A stretch of DNA of 33,610 nt, from positions 31,037,133-31,070,742 of the forward strand of contig NC_068998.1 of assembly GCF_001194135.2 (NCBI RefSeq), read 5' to 3'. Both the position numbers and the translations under genes were made by a program. The notes beneath the pieces were generated by a model that did not search any database, was not told the origin of the DNA, and saw only the letters and a list, made by a program, of their open reading frames with translations. Position 1 is the stretch's first letter. Each line of letters opens with the position of its first letter. Below are positions 21,247-32,641 of the stretch, piece by piece. Source of the stretch: Octopus bimaculoides. Lineage: Eukaryota.

Positions 21247-21416
21247 GACCTTCAGCACCCTAATGAATTTATTCGGGGCTCCACCCTTCGTTTCCTTTGT
21301 AAACTGAAAGAGCCTGAGCTATTGGAGCCTTTGATGCCTGCTATCCGTCAGTGTCTTGAGCACCGACACTCCTATGTACGACGCAATGCTGTGCTCGCCA
21401 TTTATACTATCTACCG
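21247..21416 (+). CDS. COPB1: coatomer subunit beta, coding exon 3 (170 nt)
   Basis: ttgtag|[58 protein letters not shown]|gtcagt. This is the signature beta-COP sequence. Confidence 0.98.
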
Positions 21417-22715
21417 GTCAGTATGCATTAATTTCCTCTTTCTCTCCAATTATTTTTTGTTTTTTTTTGCTGTGACTTCTCTTTTACTTCTCATCTTCCT
21501 TTGTTTTCTTTTTCATTCTGCATCTTCCACATCTTCTTTCTCATTCTTTGACTCTCCATTCACTCCTCTGTTCCCTTTGTCTTTTGTCTTACATTATCTG
21601 TTTCCTCTCCTTTTTCTTTTTCTCTTTCTATCTTTAACAATAAAAATTTTAGTTAACAATCATTATTTTCCTAGGTCTATTTTTAGGCTTTGTTTTTAAC
21701 TGAAGGGTTATATATCTTTGAAACTGCTGTTAGCTTGGGCATTGTTATAGTAGGGACTGCTTTATCAAATATTTTCTTTGAAGAGGATAGATTAGATGTT
21801 GGCTTTCAGGTTTTTAAACACTATAGTGGGGTAACAGAACTTTATATATGCAAGCTTAAATATTTGATAAGTTTAGGTACCATAAACCAAAGAAAAACCT
21901 AAGATACATAAATAAAAAGTCTAATCACTGACCCTCTGTCATAAAATGAATTGTGAACAATCAAATACCTAGACTTTCGGCAAATTAAATGATATTTAAC
22001 TCACATGCACATTATTACAATGTAACATTAGCTAGGGCACATTATACTGAGAAAATCAAATATATACCTAATGATAATTTTATTAATGTATATAGCACAA
22101 ATAATGATAGCACTAAACCATACTTTGGTTGAAGAAATTATAACCACGAAATAGAGGGAAAGCAACACAATAAAGAAAACTAAAATAGGAAATAGGGCTA
22201 ATTTAAATATTAATTATAAGATTACCTGGAATTCCTTAGGTAGTGGCCCTATCATAGATTATACAAGTCATTATAGATCAAACAAAAAGTATAAAAAATA
22301 TGTACTGTTTTGTGGTATATTCCAATCTTCAGATTACATGGTTGCAAGGGATGGCATTTTCCTAAATCTAACAAATATCAGAAAATCTTTAACAGGCTTA
22401 CAGTGAAATTATTGTATACAACATCTAATAATTCAGAATATTGCTTCATAAACTCAGTAATAGAAAGGTAAAGCAGGAGATAACTAATGCGATTAGTGGA
22501 GAGTAATGATAGAAATAATCCTTTTAATAATAATTGTGATAGTAAGAAGAAAGTAATAAAGCATGTCCAAATAATTCTGATAAAAATAATAATATAGGCT
22601 GTAAAGTTTCCTTCTCGAGGCATAGTGATTCATAAGGGCCAATTTCCTTGTTTCCATGGTGTATTTCTATGGTTTCCATAGAATGTCAGTCCGTTGCAGG
22701 ATTATTCACTTTTGT

Positions 22716-22800
22716 CAGCTGGAGCAACAGGAAATGAAGTGCTTTGCTCAAGGACAAACCATGTGTTGCCCAGTCCAGGAATCAAAGCCACAATCTTACG
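22716..22800 (-). mobile_element. degenerate tRNA-SINE 5' fragment
   Basis: ctggagcaac..gaaatgaagtg.tttgctcaaggac...ccaggaatcaaagccacaatcttacg resembles an antisense tRNA-like SINE head. Confidence 0.5.
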
Positions 22801-23528
22801 CACCTCCACTAATATAGGCATTGGCAAATATGATATAAGTGATAATCCAAATGCTAAAAGTCTTAATAATAGTACTGGAAACAGCAACAAGGATAGTAAA
22901 GAAGGGTGTATTGAGAGCACTAATAATAACTGCAGAAGCAATAAAGGTAAAATTAGAAATAGAAGTAAGTCTGGTTACAACTGATTAGGAAAGTGTGATA
23001 AGGAATTGTAGTTTCAAGGATGGGAACATGTCCTCTGCAAAATGAATCCTTTTGGAAGAATGTAATGTACAAATGTACAATGAGAAGGCTAGCAGATGCA
23101 TCTGTATATATTGGCACAACTACTGATTCTTTCAAAAGTCAATATCAAAACTATATTGCATAATATAGAAACATGAGTAAAAGACACTGCACATCATTCG
23201 TTGACCTGGTCTGGAAGCCTAAGGTAGGTAGAATGCAATACATCACCTGAATGGAAACAAAAAAATGCATATCCGTATAATACTTTCTCAAGATTTTACA
23301 ATGTCTGTTCCAAGGAAGCCATATGCATTTTAATGGATGCAGATAAACTGGTGAACTAGTACTCCAAAAGACTTATAAAATGCAACCACTGGCTAAGATG
23401 TTAATTTTCGCTGTTTTATAAAAACAATTTACACTTGAAACTTTATTCATCAAACCTGCTTCAGTCTTTCTTTCTCTATCATATGTATGTATTTGATTCA
23501 GATTTTAAAAAATATAGCTGTATATATA

Positions 23529-23686
23529 GCCATGGCTAGGCATGGCTGTGGGGTAAGAAGCTTGCTTCTCAACCACATGGTTCTGGGTTCAGCCCCTTGG
23601 GAAAGTGTCTTCTTATATAGCCTCAGGCCAACCAAAGCCTTGTAAGTGGATTTGGTAAACAGAAACTAAAAGAAGTCCATCATATA
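23529..23686 (+). mobile_element. SINE 5' half
   Basis: ggcatggctgtggggtaagaagcttgcttctcaaccacatggttctgggttcag...tatagcctcaggccaaccaaagccttgtaagtggatttgg. Related copies lie at 28742 (-) and 29515 (+). Confidence 0.8.
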
Positions 23687-23690
23687 TAAA

Positions 23691-24165
23691 CATCATCATC
23701 ATTTAGCATCCATTTTCCATGCTGGTATGGGTTGGAGGGTTTGTCAAAGAGCTGGTCAGTCGAGAGCTGCCCAGACTCCAATTGTTTGTTGTGGCATGGT
23801 TTCTACAGCTTGATGCCATTCCACTTAACAGAGTGTACTGGGTACTTTTTACATGCCACCAACATAGGTGTGTTTATGCAGCATCAGCATGGGTATGTTT
23901 ATGCAGTAGCAGCACGGGTGCTTTTATGCGGCACCGGCACCTGTAGGTGTGGAAGACAGCAATTTTATTTAGTTTAACGCGTCTTACCAAGTATAGCAAA
24001 TCCCCACATCTCCTGGTCCCTTGTCATTTCCTCAGTGGGGCCTAATATCCAAAGATCCTTTCTCACTACTTCGTCCCATGTCTTCCTAGGTCTACCCCAT
24101 AAGTACCCTCCACAATTAGAGCTCCACAGTTCTTTATGCAGCTGTCTTCATTCATACACATCAGA
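23691..24165 (-). mobile_element. RTE LINE 3' fragment with (GAT)n tail
   Basis: (cat)n tail. The minus-strand translation near 24000-24165 gives LMCMNEDSCIKNCGALIVEG and a degraded GRPRKTWDEVVRKDL-type RTE ORF end. Confidence 0.7.
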
Positions 24166-24640
24166 CAAAACTAGCACAGAGTTCTCTTTTGCCATTAAGT
24201 AACCTGACACTTTTTTTTTCCTTTTGTCTGTTTATGTATTTTGTATGTCACTATATCTATGGGTTTAGTTGTGTCAGTAAACTGTTGAAAATGATGTCTT
24301 TGGGTATACATTATCACATTGAGTGAAATGATGATAGGATCTAACAAAGGACTTATTTAAACAATCACCTGAGGAAGTGCATTTTACATCTTCGATGAAT
24401 GATAATGATTACACACCGCGCTGTAAAAATGTGTTGAAACAACTGTAGCTTCTTACTACATATTCTATTTTACTCATATGTCTGTATATTACATTATGTT
24501 TTATTCTATTTAACTGTATCTCTAAATGACAATGATGGTGACATATCATTTCATTTCATTTCTGTTTTTAATTAAAGCAGTTTGAATGTGTGCAAGAAGT
24601 GTACATATGTGCTTATACAAATAGATATATGCATGTATGT

Positions 24641-25015
24641 GGAGGCGAAATGGCCCAGTGGTTAGGGCAGCGGACTCGCGGTCATAGGATCGCGGTTTCG
24701 ATTCCCAGACCGGGCGTTGTGAGTATTTATTGAGCAAAAAACCTAACACGAGGCTCCGGCAGGAGATGGTGGCGAACCCTGCTGTACTCTACCACCACAA
24801 CTTTCTCTCACTCTTTCTTTCTGTTTCTGTTGTGCCTGTAATTCAAAGGGTCAGCCTTGTCACACTGTGTCATGCTGATTATTCTCGAGAACTACGTTAA
24901 GGGTACACGTGTCTGTGGAGTGCTCAGCCACTTGCACGTTAATTTTACAAGCAGGCTGTTCCGTTGATCGGATCAACTGGAACCCTCGATGTCGTAAGCG
25001 ACGGAGTGCCAACAA
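24641..25015 (+). mobile_element. full-length tRNA-derived SINE (octopus OR-like)
   Basis: A box tggcccagtgg, B-box-like ggtttcgattccc, followed by ~300 bp of non-tRNA body ending cgacggagtgccaacaa. Well preserved, with CpGs retained. Confidence 0.85.
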
Positions 25016-25728
25016 TATGCATGTATTTTTCCTTCTTTATTTTACTTGCTTTTATTTCTGTCTTTAGAAATAATAAGTGTGTATATAAGAAGTGCATATA
25101 TAAATATATATATGTATGTGTGTGTGTTTCATTTTTACATTATTATATCATTCTTTCTTGGCTTTATAATAGAATGTATGTAAAAAGTATATGTATACGA
25201 GCATGTTTAGATGAATACAAGTGCATGTGTGTTTTGCATATACACACATTCTTGTATAAATAAATGTGTGGATATATAAAAATATACACACTACATTGTA
25301 TGTGGGTTACACTTTCAACCCAACATATATTGATATAAACAGTAAAGATAGTAAGAATATTAGTAAGAAGCATATATGTGTGTACATATATAAAACAATA
25401 TACACTACCTTGTATGTGGATATATGGAAGCATATGTATACAGGGCAGGTAACTTGTTTTTTTTTGTGTTGTTTCAAAAATGCATATATGACCTAGATGG
25501 TAATAAATCAACTTTAGACAGAAGCTTGTTTGAGTCCAGAATGAGGCTGGTTGTTTTGTTAAGAGAGATGGAAGGTGATTTAGTTCCTTAGAAGCAAGAA
25601 AACAGTTGATAAGTACTGAAATAGTATGGAATTCCTGCCTACGCCTTTCCTACAAATTGAGCAGGCCATTTACCAGAAGGAAATAGGGTTCTATCTGTTT
25701 TCTTACTTACTAGAACCTTAATCTTTGC

Positions 25729-25818
25729 TCAGTTAACCTTAAGGCCCTTAGATTCCAGGTTTTGTTTCCTTACCTGAAATTTTTTTTCTAGCTCTGATAT
25801 ACAATTGGCTATGAGGGC
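25729..25818 (-). mobile_element. short RTE reverse-transcriptase fragment
   Basis: ALIANCISELEKKFQVRKQNLESKGLKVN, homologous to LALIAESLSELEKKLQEWKQGLESEGLRVN at 31310-31410. Confidence 0.8.
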
Positions 25819-25819
25819 A

Positions 25820-25840
25820 ATATGTGTATGTGTGTGTGTG

Positions 25841-25885
<45 letters not shown>
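25820..25885. repeat. (TG)n/(TA)n microsatellite
   Basis: Visible. Confidence 0.95.
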
Positions 25886-25890
<5 letters not shown>

Positions 25891-26646
25891 GTCTGATAAT
25901 AAATATCTAAAGCACGCACAGTGAAGCTGCTTGACACAGATTGACCTTGAACTCTGCTGTGCATGCGCACTAAGTTTACACCTGTGTTTGGAAGTAACGT
26001 GATTGTCGCATTGACCATAATGAAGAAAGTTGAGCAGAGAGTCTGCATCAAATTTTGCCAAAAGCTTAGCGATTCCTGTTCAGAGGCCTACACAAAGTTC
26101 TTATGTAGCTGAAACCCAAGTGTCTTTTTGGTCGGCTGAAAACAGTATTGACACAAACTTGGCAGACAAGCGTCTCGTACCCAAATCTTCAGTGATGATG
26201 GACTGAACTGAACCATAACTAATCTGCACATCCTCTGATAACTCACAAATGGTGATTTGACAACTTTCCCTCACAGCTGCATGCACATCTGTGATGTTTT
26301 TCTCAGTTCTGCTGGTTGCAGGTCTCCCAGAATTTTTGTCACTATTGACATTTTTTGGGTCATCTTCAAAATGCCTGAACCACTTGTACACTTGTGTGTG
26401 ACTCATACACTCCGCTCCATACACTTTCTGCAACTTTGTGTAGGCCTCTGAGCAGGTATTGCCATGACAGCTTTTTTTGTCATGTTACTTCCAAGCACTG
26501 CTGTAAACAGAAGTAAGCTAGAATGTTAAAACTTAGAATGCATGCACAACAGAGGTTAAGGTCAAACTGTGTCAAGTGGCTTCACTCTGTGTGCTTTAGC
26601 TTCATTACTATGGTAACAGTCTGGATACTTATTAATCAGACCTCCA
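25885..26646. mobile_element. foldback mariner derivative made of two convergent 5' ends
   Basis: The + arm (25885-26099) encodes MKKVEQRVCIKFCQKLSDSCSEAYTK from 26020. The - arm (26646-26100) encodes AYTKLQKVYGAECMSHTQVYKWFRHF..SGRPATSRT..ELSEDVQISYGSVQSIITEDLG. Both ends begin g.ggtctgat.aataa.tatc and are flanked by TA runs. Confidence 0.8.
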
Positions 26647-27231
26647 TATATATATATATGGTTATAAATAATGAGAGAGATATAGTATGATAAAATTTAT
26701 TTAATCATTGGAAATTCTTATTTGACAACAACTGTTTTTCATCTTACTAAAATATGTAGATAATTAAGTTTCTTATATTTTATAATAAGTAGTAAATTAG
26801 TTACATGTCTACATTAATATAAACCATCTTTTAATTAATGCAGATGTTAAGCTAGCTCTTTGGGTTAAAAGAAATCTATATTAAAAAATAATCCCTCTAA
26901 ATAATGTTCAAGAACACAAAGTCAATATTTTTAAAAAGATCCTTAAGAAATATGGAAGACAATATTATTATTGATACAAATTAATATGAGTTTTCTAAAG
27001 AAGGGAAGGGTAATTTAGTAAGATATTAAAAAGTAACTTGTAGATAATTTTGGTATAAGAAAAGGAAAATGATATATTTATCGTTAATAACCTCAAGAAA
27101 AAAATATAGAGACAATGTTTATGAAATTTAGGTCTTGATATCAACAAGACAAATATGAAATATTAAATTAAAAATTCATGTGCTTTTCAATGAAAAATTG
27201 TTACAGTGAGGGTTAGAAAGTTGCAGGCTTC

Positions 27232-27471
27232 CTTTTAACTCTATTCTTTTACTTATTCCAGTCATTTGACTGCAGTCATGCTGGAGCACCATCTTGAATC
27301 TTTTTAGTCGAATGACTCAATCCCAATACTTACTTTTTAAGCCTGATCTCTTTTGCCAAACCACTGAGTTACATGGACATAAACACACCAACACCAGTTG
27401 TCAAGCAGTGATGGGGGGGAGGGGACAAACTCAGACACAAAGATACGCACACAAATATATACACGTATATA
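27232..27471 (-). mobile_element. 3' half of a SINE split by the mariner insertion
   Basis: ttacttattccagtcatttgactgcagtcatgctggagcacc...gtcaagcagtgatggggggaggggacaaactcagacac. Its 5' half resumes at 28731-28882. Confidence 0.7.
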
Positions 27472-28730
27472 TTGGGTTGTCTGGAAAGTTCATGATGATT
27501 TTTAAGGGAAATTAAAAGACAAAACAAAATTATGCCATTAAATATTTATTCAACTAAATATGAACCATTTTGTTGCACAACCTTTTTCCACCTTGCTTTC
27601 AACTTAAAGATTCCATCTTCGCAGAATTTTGGTGGTTTCTTGGCAAAGAACTTATTAAAGTGGATTTTTATGTCTTCCAAAGAATTAAAATTTTTACCAT
27701 TGAGATTATTTTGCAAGGATCTGAATAAATGAAAATCTGAAGGAGCAATATCTGGTGAATATAGTAGGTGGTATAACACATCCCAGAAATTTTTGACGAT
27801 TTGCTCAAGAAACATGAGGTCTGGCATTATCCTGATGGAAAACAATACTGTTCCTGTTCACCAGTTCTGGGTGTTTGTCTTGAATTGCTGCCTTTAAATC
27901 ATTCAGTTGCGAGCAGCACTTCTCAGAATTAATGGACTGGGTACTTGGCAGAATCTCATAGTACAAGATTCCTTTCCAATCCCATCAGATGCAGATCATG
28001 ACTTTCTTAGGATGAAGACCTACTTTTGGGGTAGCTCATGTCGCTTAACCCAGGATCTTTTTCACTGAACGTTGTTGTAAACGATCCATTTCTCATCACC
28101 TGTCACAGTTTGCTTCAAAAAGGGTGCATTTTCATTGTGTTTATACAGCAAATCACAGATAGAAATGCAATCCAAAAGATTCTTTTCATTCAGATCATGT
28201 GGTACCCAAACATTGTAGTGATTTGAATACCCAAGCTTCACTAAGTGCTCATGGATGGTGGATTTTGATAAATTTAGTGTTTCTGCCAATTCCCACATTG
28301 TGTGATGTGGGTTATTCTCAATCAGTGTCTTGATTTGGTCATCATCTGAACTGGGTGTGTCTGCTTGACTGTTTTTCATCAATAAGGCTACAATCACCAA
28401 CTCTAAACTTAGCGAACCACATTTGTACAATTCTGTCAGCTAAAGCACCTTCACCATACACAGCACATATCTTTTTTGTTGCTTGTGAGGCATTTTTGCC
28501 TTTATGGTAATAAAAAAGCATCAAGTGTCTAAAATGCATCTTATAATCTACCATTTTCATAAGGATGCAAAATTTACACGAATTAAGTAATTTTAAACTT
28601 TCTTAAGAGATAGTTTGAAGTGTACACTAACCAGAAATGTAAGCGTATTATGTGTCGATAAATTTGACATGTTCTAATGTTTTGGAACATAAACAACTAA
28701 AAATCAGCATGAACTTTCCGGACAACCCAA
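27472..28730 (-). mobile_element. near full-length mariner transposon (mellifera-like subfamily), 1259 bp
   Basis: 33-bp TIRs ttgggttgtc[t/c]ggaaagttcatg[a/c]tgattttta (2 mismatches), with TA on both flanks and an internal transposase. Confidence 0.95.
27546..28560 (-). pseudogene. mariner transposase pseudogene (frameshifts and stops)
   Basis: HFRHLMLFYYHKGKNASQATKKICAVYG, WVPHDL, VTGDEKWIVYNN and YSPDIAPSDFHLFRSLQN are spread over three ORF pieces. Confidence 0.95.
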
Positions 28731-28882
28731 TATATACAACAGGCTTCTTTTAGTTTCTGTCTATCAACTCCACTTGCAAGGCTTTTGGTCAGCCCAAGGC
28801 TATAGTAGAAGACACTTTCTCAAGTGCCACGCAGTGGGACTGAACCCAGAACCATGGTTGGGAAGCAAGCTTCTTGCCACAC
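28731..28882 (-). mobile_element. 5' half of the SINE split by the mariner
   Basis: Reverse complement of the 23529 type: gtgtggcaagaagcttgcttcccaaccatggttctgggttcagtcccactgcgtggcac. Confidence 0.8.
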
Positions 28883-28911
28883 CTGCACCTATAAATATAC
28901 ACATATGTCTG

Positions 28912-29018
28912 TGAAGGTTGAAAGGTAAAGTTGACTCAGCAGAATTTGAACTCAGAATGTGAATACAGATGAAAGCATTTTGCCTGGCATGCTAATGATT
29001 CTGCCAGTTTGCTGCCTT
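28912..29018 (-). mobile_element. tRNA-SINE 5' fragment (19119 family)
   Basis: Reverse complement aaggcagcaaactggcagaatc...ctgagttcaaattctgctgagtcaactttacctttcaacc. Confidence 0.7.
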
Positions 29019-29161
29019 CTATGAGAATCTATTGCAGTGCACTCATAATTACACTGACTGAATCAAATTATTTTGTAATATTTAATTATTATTCATACTT
29101 TTAGAAATATAGTAATAATTTTAGAGATTACATACATACATACATACATACACACACACAT

Positions 29162-29428
29162 ACACACTAAACAAGGTCAATCTATATCATAATGTTTTAT
29201 CGCACAAACATTAAAGCAAAAGAAAATAGGAATTAATTCCAAAAGTGCCCTGTTTCATAGTTGTTGATTAGAGAGAAGAAAGTGTACAGCTTTTGATGAA
29301 GAAGTCACACATTTCACAATAAAACATACTCTTAACTGATTTATGATCTCAACAAGCACACATGTGGCCAAACTAGCAATATCAAGGAAATTTCCGCTTT
29401 ATATATAAAAATGTGAGCTACCTTGTCT
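29162..29428 (+). repeat. 267-bp direct repeat, copy 1
   Basis: Matches 30545-30811 with 4 substitutions by manual comparison. Confidence 0.95.
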
Positions 29429-29514
29429 ACCTACCTGTCAAATCTTGTTCTCCCTCTGGCACCAGCTGCTCTGAAGGAAATTTTAGAAGGAACCAGTTAC
29501 TAAACAGTTCAGTT

Positions 29515-29920
29515 GGCATAGCCATGGCATTGTGGGTAAGAAGTTTGCTTTCCAAGTTCTACTGTGTGGCACCTTGGACAAGTGTTTTCTGCTATAGCCT
29601 TGAACCAACCAAAGCCTTGTTTGTGCATTTGATTGATGGAAACTGAGAAAATCTTTTTCTTTATATGTATGCGTGTATAAATATTTGTTTCCTTGTCTAG
29701 ACATGATGTCATAGTTGTAAATGAGTGTCATTGTCACATATGCAATGTCCTTCATTGCCATTCATCCATGTTAACATGTCTGGTCATGGGAGAAAGATTA
29801 TGTTACTTGGAAACAGGTGAGGGTTGCAGGTGAGCAGAAAGGGCATCCAGTTGTTAAAAATCTGCCTCAACAATTACCATCCAGCATATGTGAGTGTAGG
29901 AAAATGGATGTTAAAATGAT
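29515..29920 (+). mobile_element. degenerate SINE ending ~55 nt before the COPB1 exon acceptor
   Basis: Head ggtaagaagtttgcttt...gtggcaccttggacaagtg; tail aagggcatccagttg...aaaatggatgttaaaatgat. Confidence 0.7.
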
Positions 29921-29974
29921 ATGTCAGGGGGTGTCTGTATCCATAATTATTTCTTCTACTCTGTTCTTTCATAG

Positions 29975-30089
29975 GAATCATGACTTTCTAATACCTGATG
30001 CTCCTGAGCTTATTGCAAAATTTTTAGACGAAGAACAAGACATGTCTTGCCGACGCAATGCTTTCATGATGCTTATTCATGCTGACCAA
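29975..30089 (+). CDS. COPB1: coatomer subunit beta, coding exon 4 (115 nt); gene continues beyond the window
   Basis: ttcatag|G AAT CAT gives [39 protein letters not shown]|gtaaga. The phase matches the previous exon. Confidence 0.97.
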
Positions 30090-30201
30090 GTAAGAATTTT
30101 TCTATGACGCTTGTATAAATAACCTTTCTCTTACTCAGCAAAAATTCACATCAATCTCTATCCCTCTTTTTCTCTTTCTCTTTTTATGTATGTGTGTGTG
30201 T

Positions 30202-30330
30202 ATCATCATCATTATCATCATCATTTAGCATCCATTTTCCATGATGACTTGGGTTGGATAGTTTAACAGGAACAGGCAAGTCAGAAGACTAAACCAAGCT
30301 CTGTTATCTATTTTGGCATGGTTTTTTTTG
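30202..30330 (-). mobile_element. SINE/RTE-type 3' tail
   Basis: (cat)n-ttagcatccattttccatgatgacttgggttgga. Confidence 0.7.
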
Positions 30331-30544
30331 GGTATTACATTAAGATGAATTTTTTAATTATCTGAATGAAAAATACTCTGAAAAGATGACTGGAATGTTA
30401 AGAAACTTTTGTCTGTCTGTCAGATATTTTCATTGAGTAAATGACAACAAAAAGTGGTGGTGTGCCACTCTGGTGACCAATTGCAATTACATAAAATATT
30501 ATAGCTAGAAATATGAATTTCACATCCTTCACACACACACACTC

Positions 30545-30811
30545 ACACACTAAACAAGGTCAATCTATATCATAATGTTTTATCACACAAACATTAAAGC
30601 AAAAGAAAATAGGAATTAATTCCAAAAGTGCCCTGTTTCATAGTTGTTGATTATAGAGAAGAAAGTGTACAGCTTTTGATGAAGAAGTCACACATTTCAC
30701 AATAAAACATACTCTTAACTGATTTATGATCTCAACAAGCACACGTGTGACCAAACTAGCAATATCAAGGAAATTTCCGCTTTATATATAAAAATGTGAG
30801 CTACCTTGTCT
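30545..30811 (+). repeat. 267-bp direct repeat, copy 2
   Basis: Offset 1383 bp from copy 1. It abuts the truncated RTE LINE at 30812. Confidence 0.95.
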
Positions 30812-32120
30812 TTCAAGCTTACGCATGTCCTTGGCTGTCATAACCCATGTTTCACTGCTATGCAGCATGGCTGTTCACACACCGGCATCAAACAATCTGC
30901 CTTTCACTCTGAGAGAGAGGCCCTTTGTTGCCAGCAGGGGTAGGAGCTCTCTGAATTTTGCCCAGCTTAATCTTATTCTCACAGCTACACTCTTGGAACA
31001 TCCACCTCCACTACTAACTTGGTCATCTAGTTAACGGAAGCTATCTACTACCTCTAGCTTGCCTCCCTGGCAGTTGACAGAGTCTATTTTCTGCACATTT
31101 TCAACATTTATTGTACCTGCACACCTTCCACGTACAAAAGTTAGTTTCCCTGTTAACCTTCTTCTGATGTTGTTGCACCTTTTATGTGACCGAAGCTTAC
31201 ATTGGATGCATCTTATAGAGTTTCTACCAACACCTTTTCTACTGATTGCACAGGGCCATCTACCTGAAGGGATTTGTGATTTGTCTGCCTTCCTACTTAC
31301 TATGGCTTAAGTTTTTGCTAGGTTAACTCTAAGGCCCTCTGATTCTAGACCTTGCTTCCATTCCTGAAGCTTCTTCTCTAGTTCTGATAGTGATTCAGCT
31401 ATAAGAGCAAGGTCATCATCGTAGAGGAGCTCCCAGGAACTGCCTGTCTTGAATTCTTCTGTTATTGCCTGGAGGACTATGATGAACAAAAGGGGGCTGA
31501 GCAACAATCCTTGGGCTGAGAACTGATCCTTGGTGAACACCTACTTGTACCCTGAATTCTTCGCTGTACTTGTTGTCCACCCTCACTGTACTGGTAGTGT
31601 CCTTGTACAAAGTTTGTACAGCTTTCACCATCTACTTGTCTATCCTTAGTTTCCACATTGACTACTAGATAAGGGATCAGGGGACTCTGTCAAAAGCTTT
31701 CTCCAAGTCAACAAAAGCCAAGTACAGAGGTTTATCTTTGGCTAGATATTTCTCCAGCAGTTGCCTTACCAGTTGCTTTTCCCTGGCACGAACCCAAACT
31801 GCATCTCATCTAAACTGACTCTCTCCCTAATCAGTTGGGCTATGACCCTCTCCGTGACTTTCATTACCTGATCCAACAACTTGATACCTCTAATTATTTG
31901 TATCTAAAGCGTCACCCTTACCTTTGTAGCAGTTGACTATGGTGCTGCTACACCAGTCATTGGGTATGACACCTTCTTGTATCACTTGGTTAACTATACG
32001 GGTGACTAGGCTATAGCCAACACTGCCAGATATTTTGATATTTTCCCTGTCTTCATACTCTTAATTACTTTGTCTACCATGGTACTGTCAACTTGGATAG
32101 CTAGTCCCTCTGTCACTCGC
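30812..32120 (-). mobile_element. RTE LINE reverse-transcriptase fragment, truncated at both ends
   Basis: NYRGIKLLDQVMKV..DEMQFGFVPGK, VGVHQGSVLSP, LLFIIVLQAI..WELLYDDDLALIA (YADD-like), and KFRELLPLL..KGRLF..AMLHSSETW..DMRKLER, where it breaks off. Confidence 0.92.
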
Positions 32121-32530
32121 ATACCAATTTAAATTATTCGTTAGATGAAGATGACAACATTTTCCAGTACGACCACAATTTTATTTCAATTCGTATCTAA
32201 TGGTACACTGTGGTTGAAAAAAGTGCGCCAATACCAACCAATCAGAGTGGTGGACACAACAGGGTCCAAAGATGCGGCTGAAAGCTAGATGTTACCCACT
32301 ACATCCGCATTCACACGTATATAATTGAGAGAGCAGTATGTATATAATTGAGAGAGCAGTTTCGCTACAGAGCCCCCTACCGGTCATTTGGCACAAGAAA
32401 AAAAAACAGAACTAACACATAAGCAAAAAGAAGAGACGAAACAGAACGAAGAAAAAAAAAATATAACGATAACTAGAAAGCGAAGAGGAGGAAGTTGACG
32501 TGCTCAACTCCTCCGAAGCTAGTTTGAATG

Positions 32531-32641
32531 TTTAAAACTACCAGGCTGTATGCACTTGTGTGCTTTGTCTTCAAACTTGGAGTGGTACCAACACAGTCCG
32601 GACTTTGACTGTAAGGAACGAGATGCAGAACGACTGCGACT
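32531..32641 (-). pseudogene. Gypsy gag C-terminal fragment with degenerate CHCC motif
   Basis: SRSRSASRSLQSKSGLCWYHSKFEDKAHKCIQPGSFK = C-x2-H-x9-C-x3-(C>G). Confidence 0.75.

Noticed and set aside
21417-21699. Extension of the 125-aa ORF beyond the COPB1 exon
   Set aside because: It is read-through into a pyrimidine-rich intron after the GT donor at 21417.
22694-22984. Asn/Ser-rich ORF and its Leu-rich antisense ORF
   Set aside because: They derive from a degenerate (AAT/AGT) low-complexity tract plus a SINE fragment.
24325-24420. ATGATGA...CTGA / CTGAGGA motif cluster (snoRNA or hammerhead?)
   Set aside because: Box spacing and the terminal D box do not fit a snoRNA, and there is no GAAA core for a hammerhead.
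24641-24715. tRNA gene
   Set aside because: It has A/B boxes but no closing acceptor stem or terminator, and continues into a SINE body.
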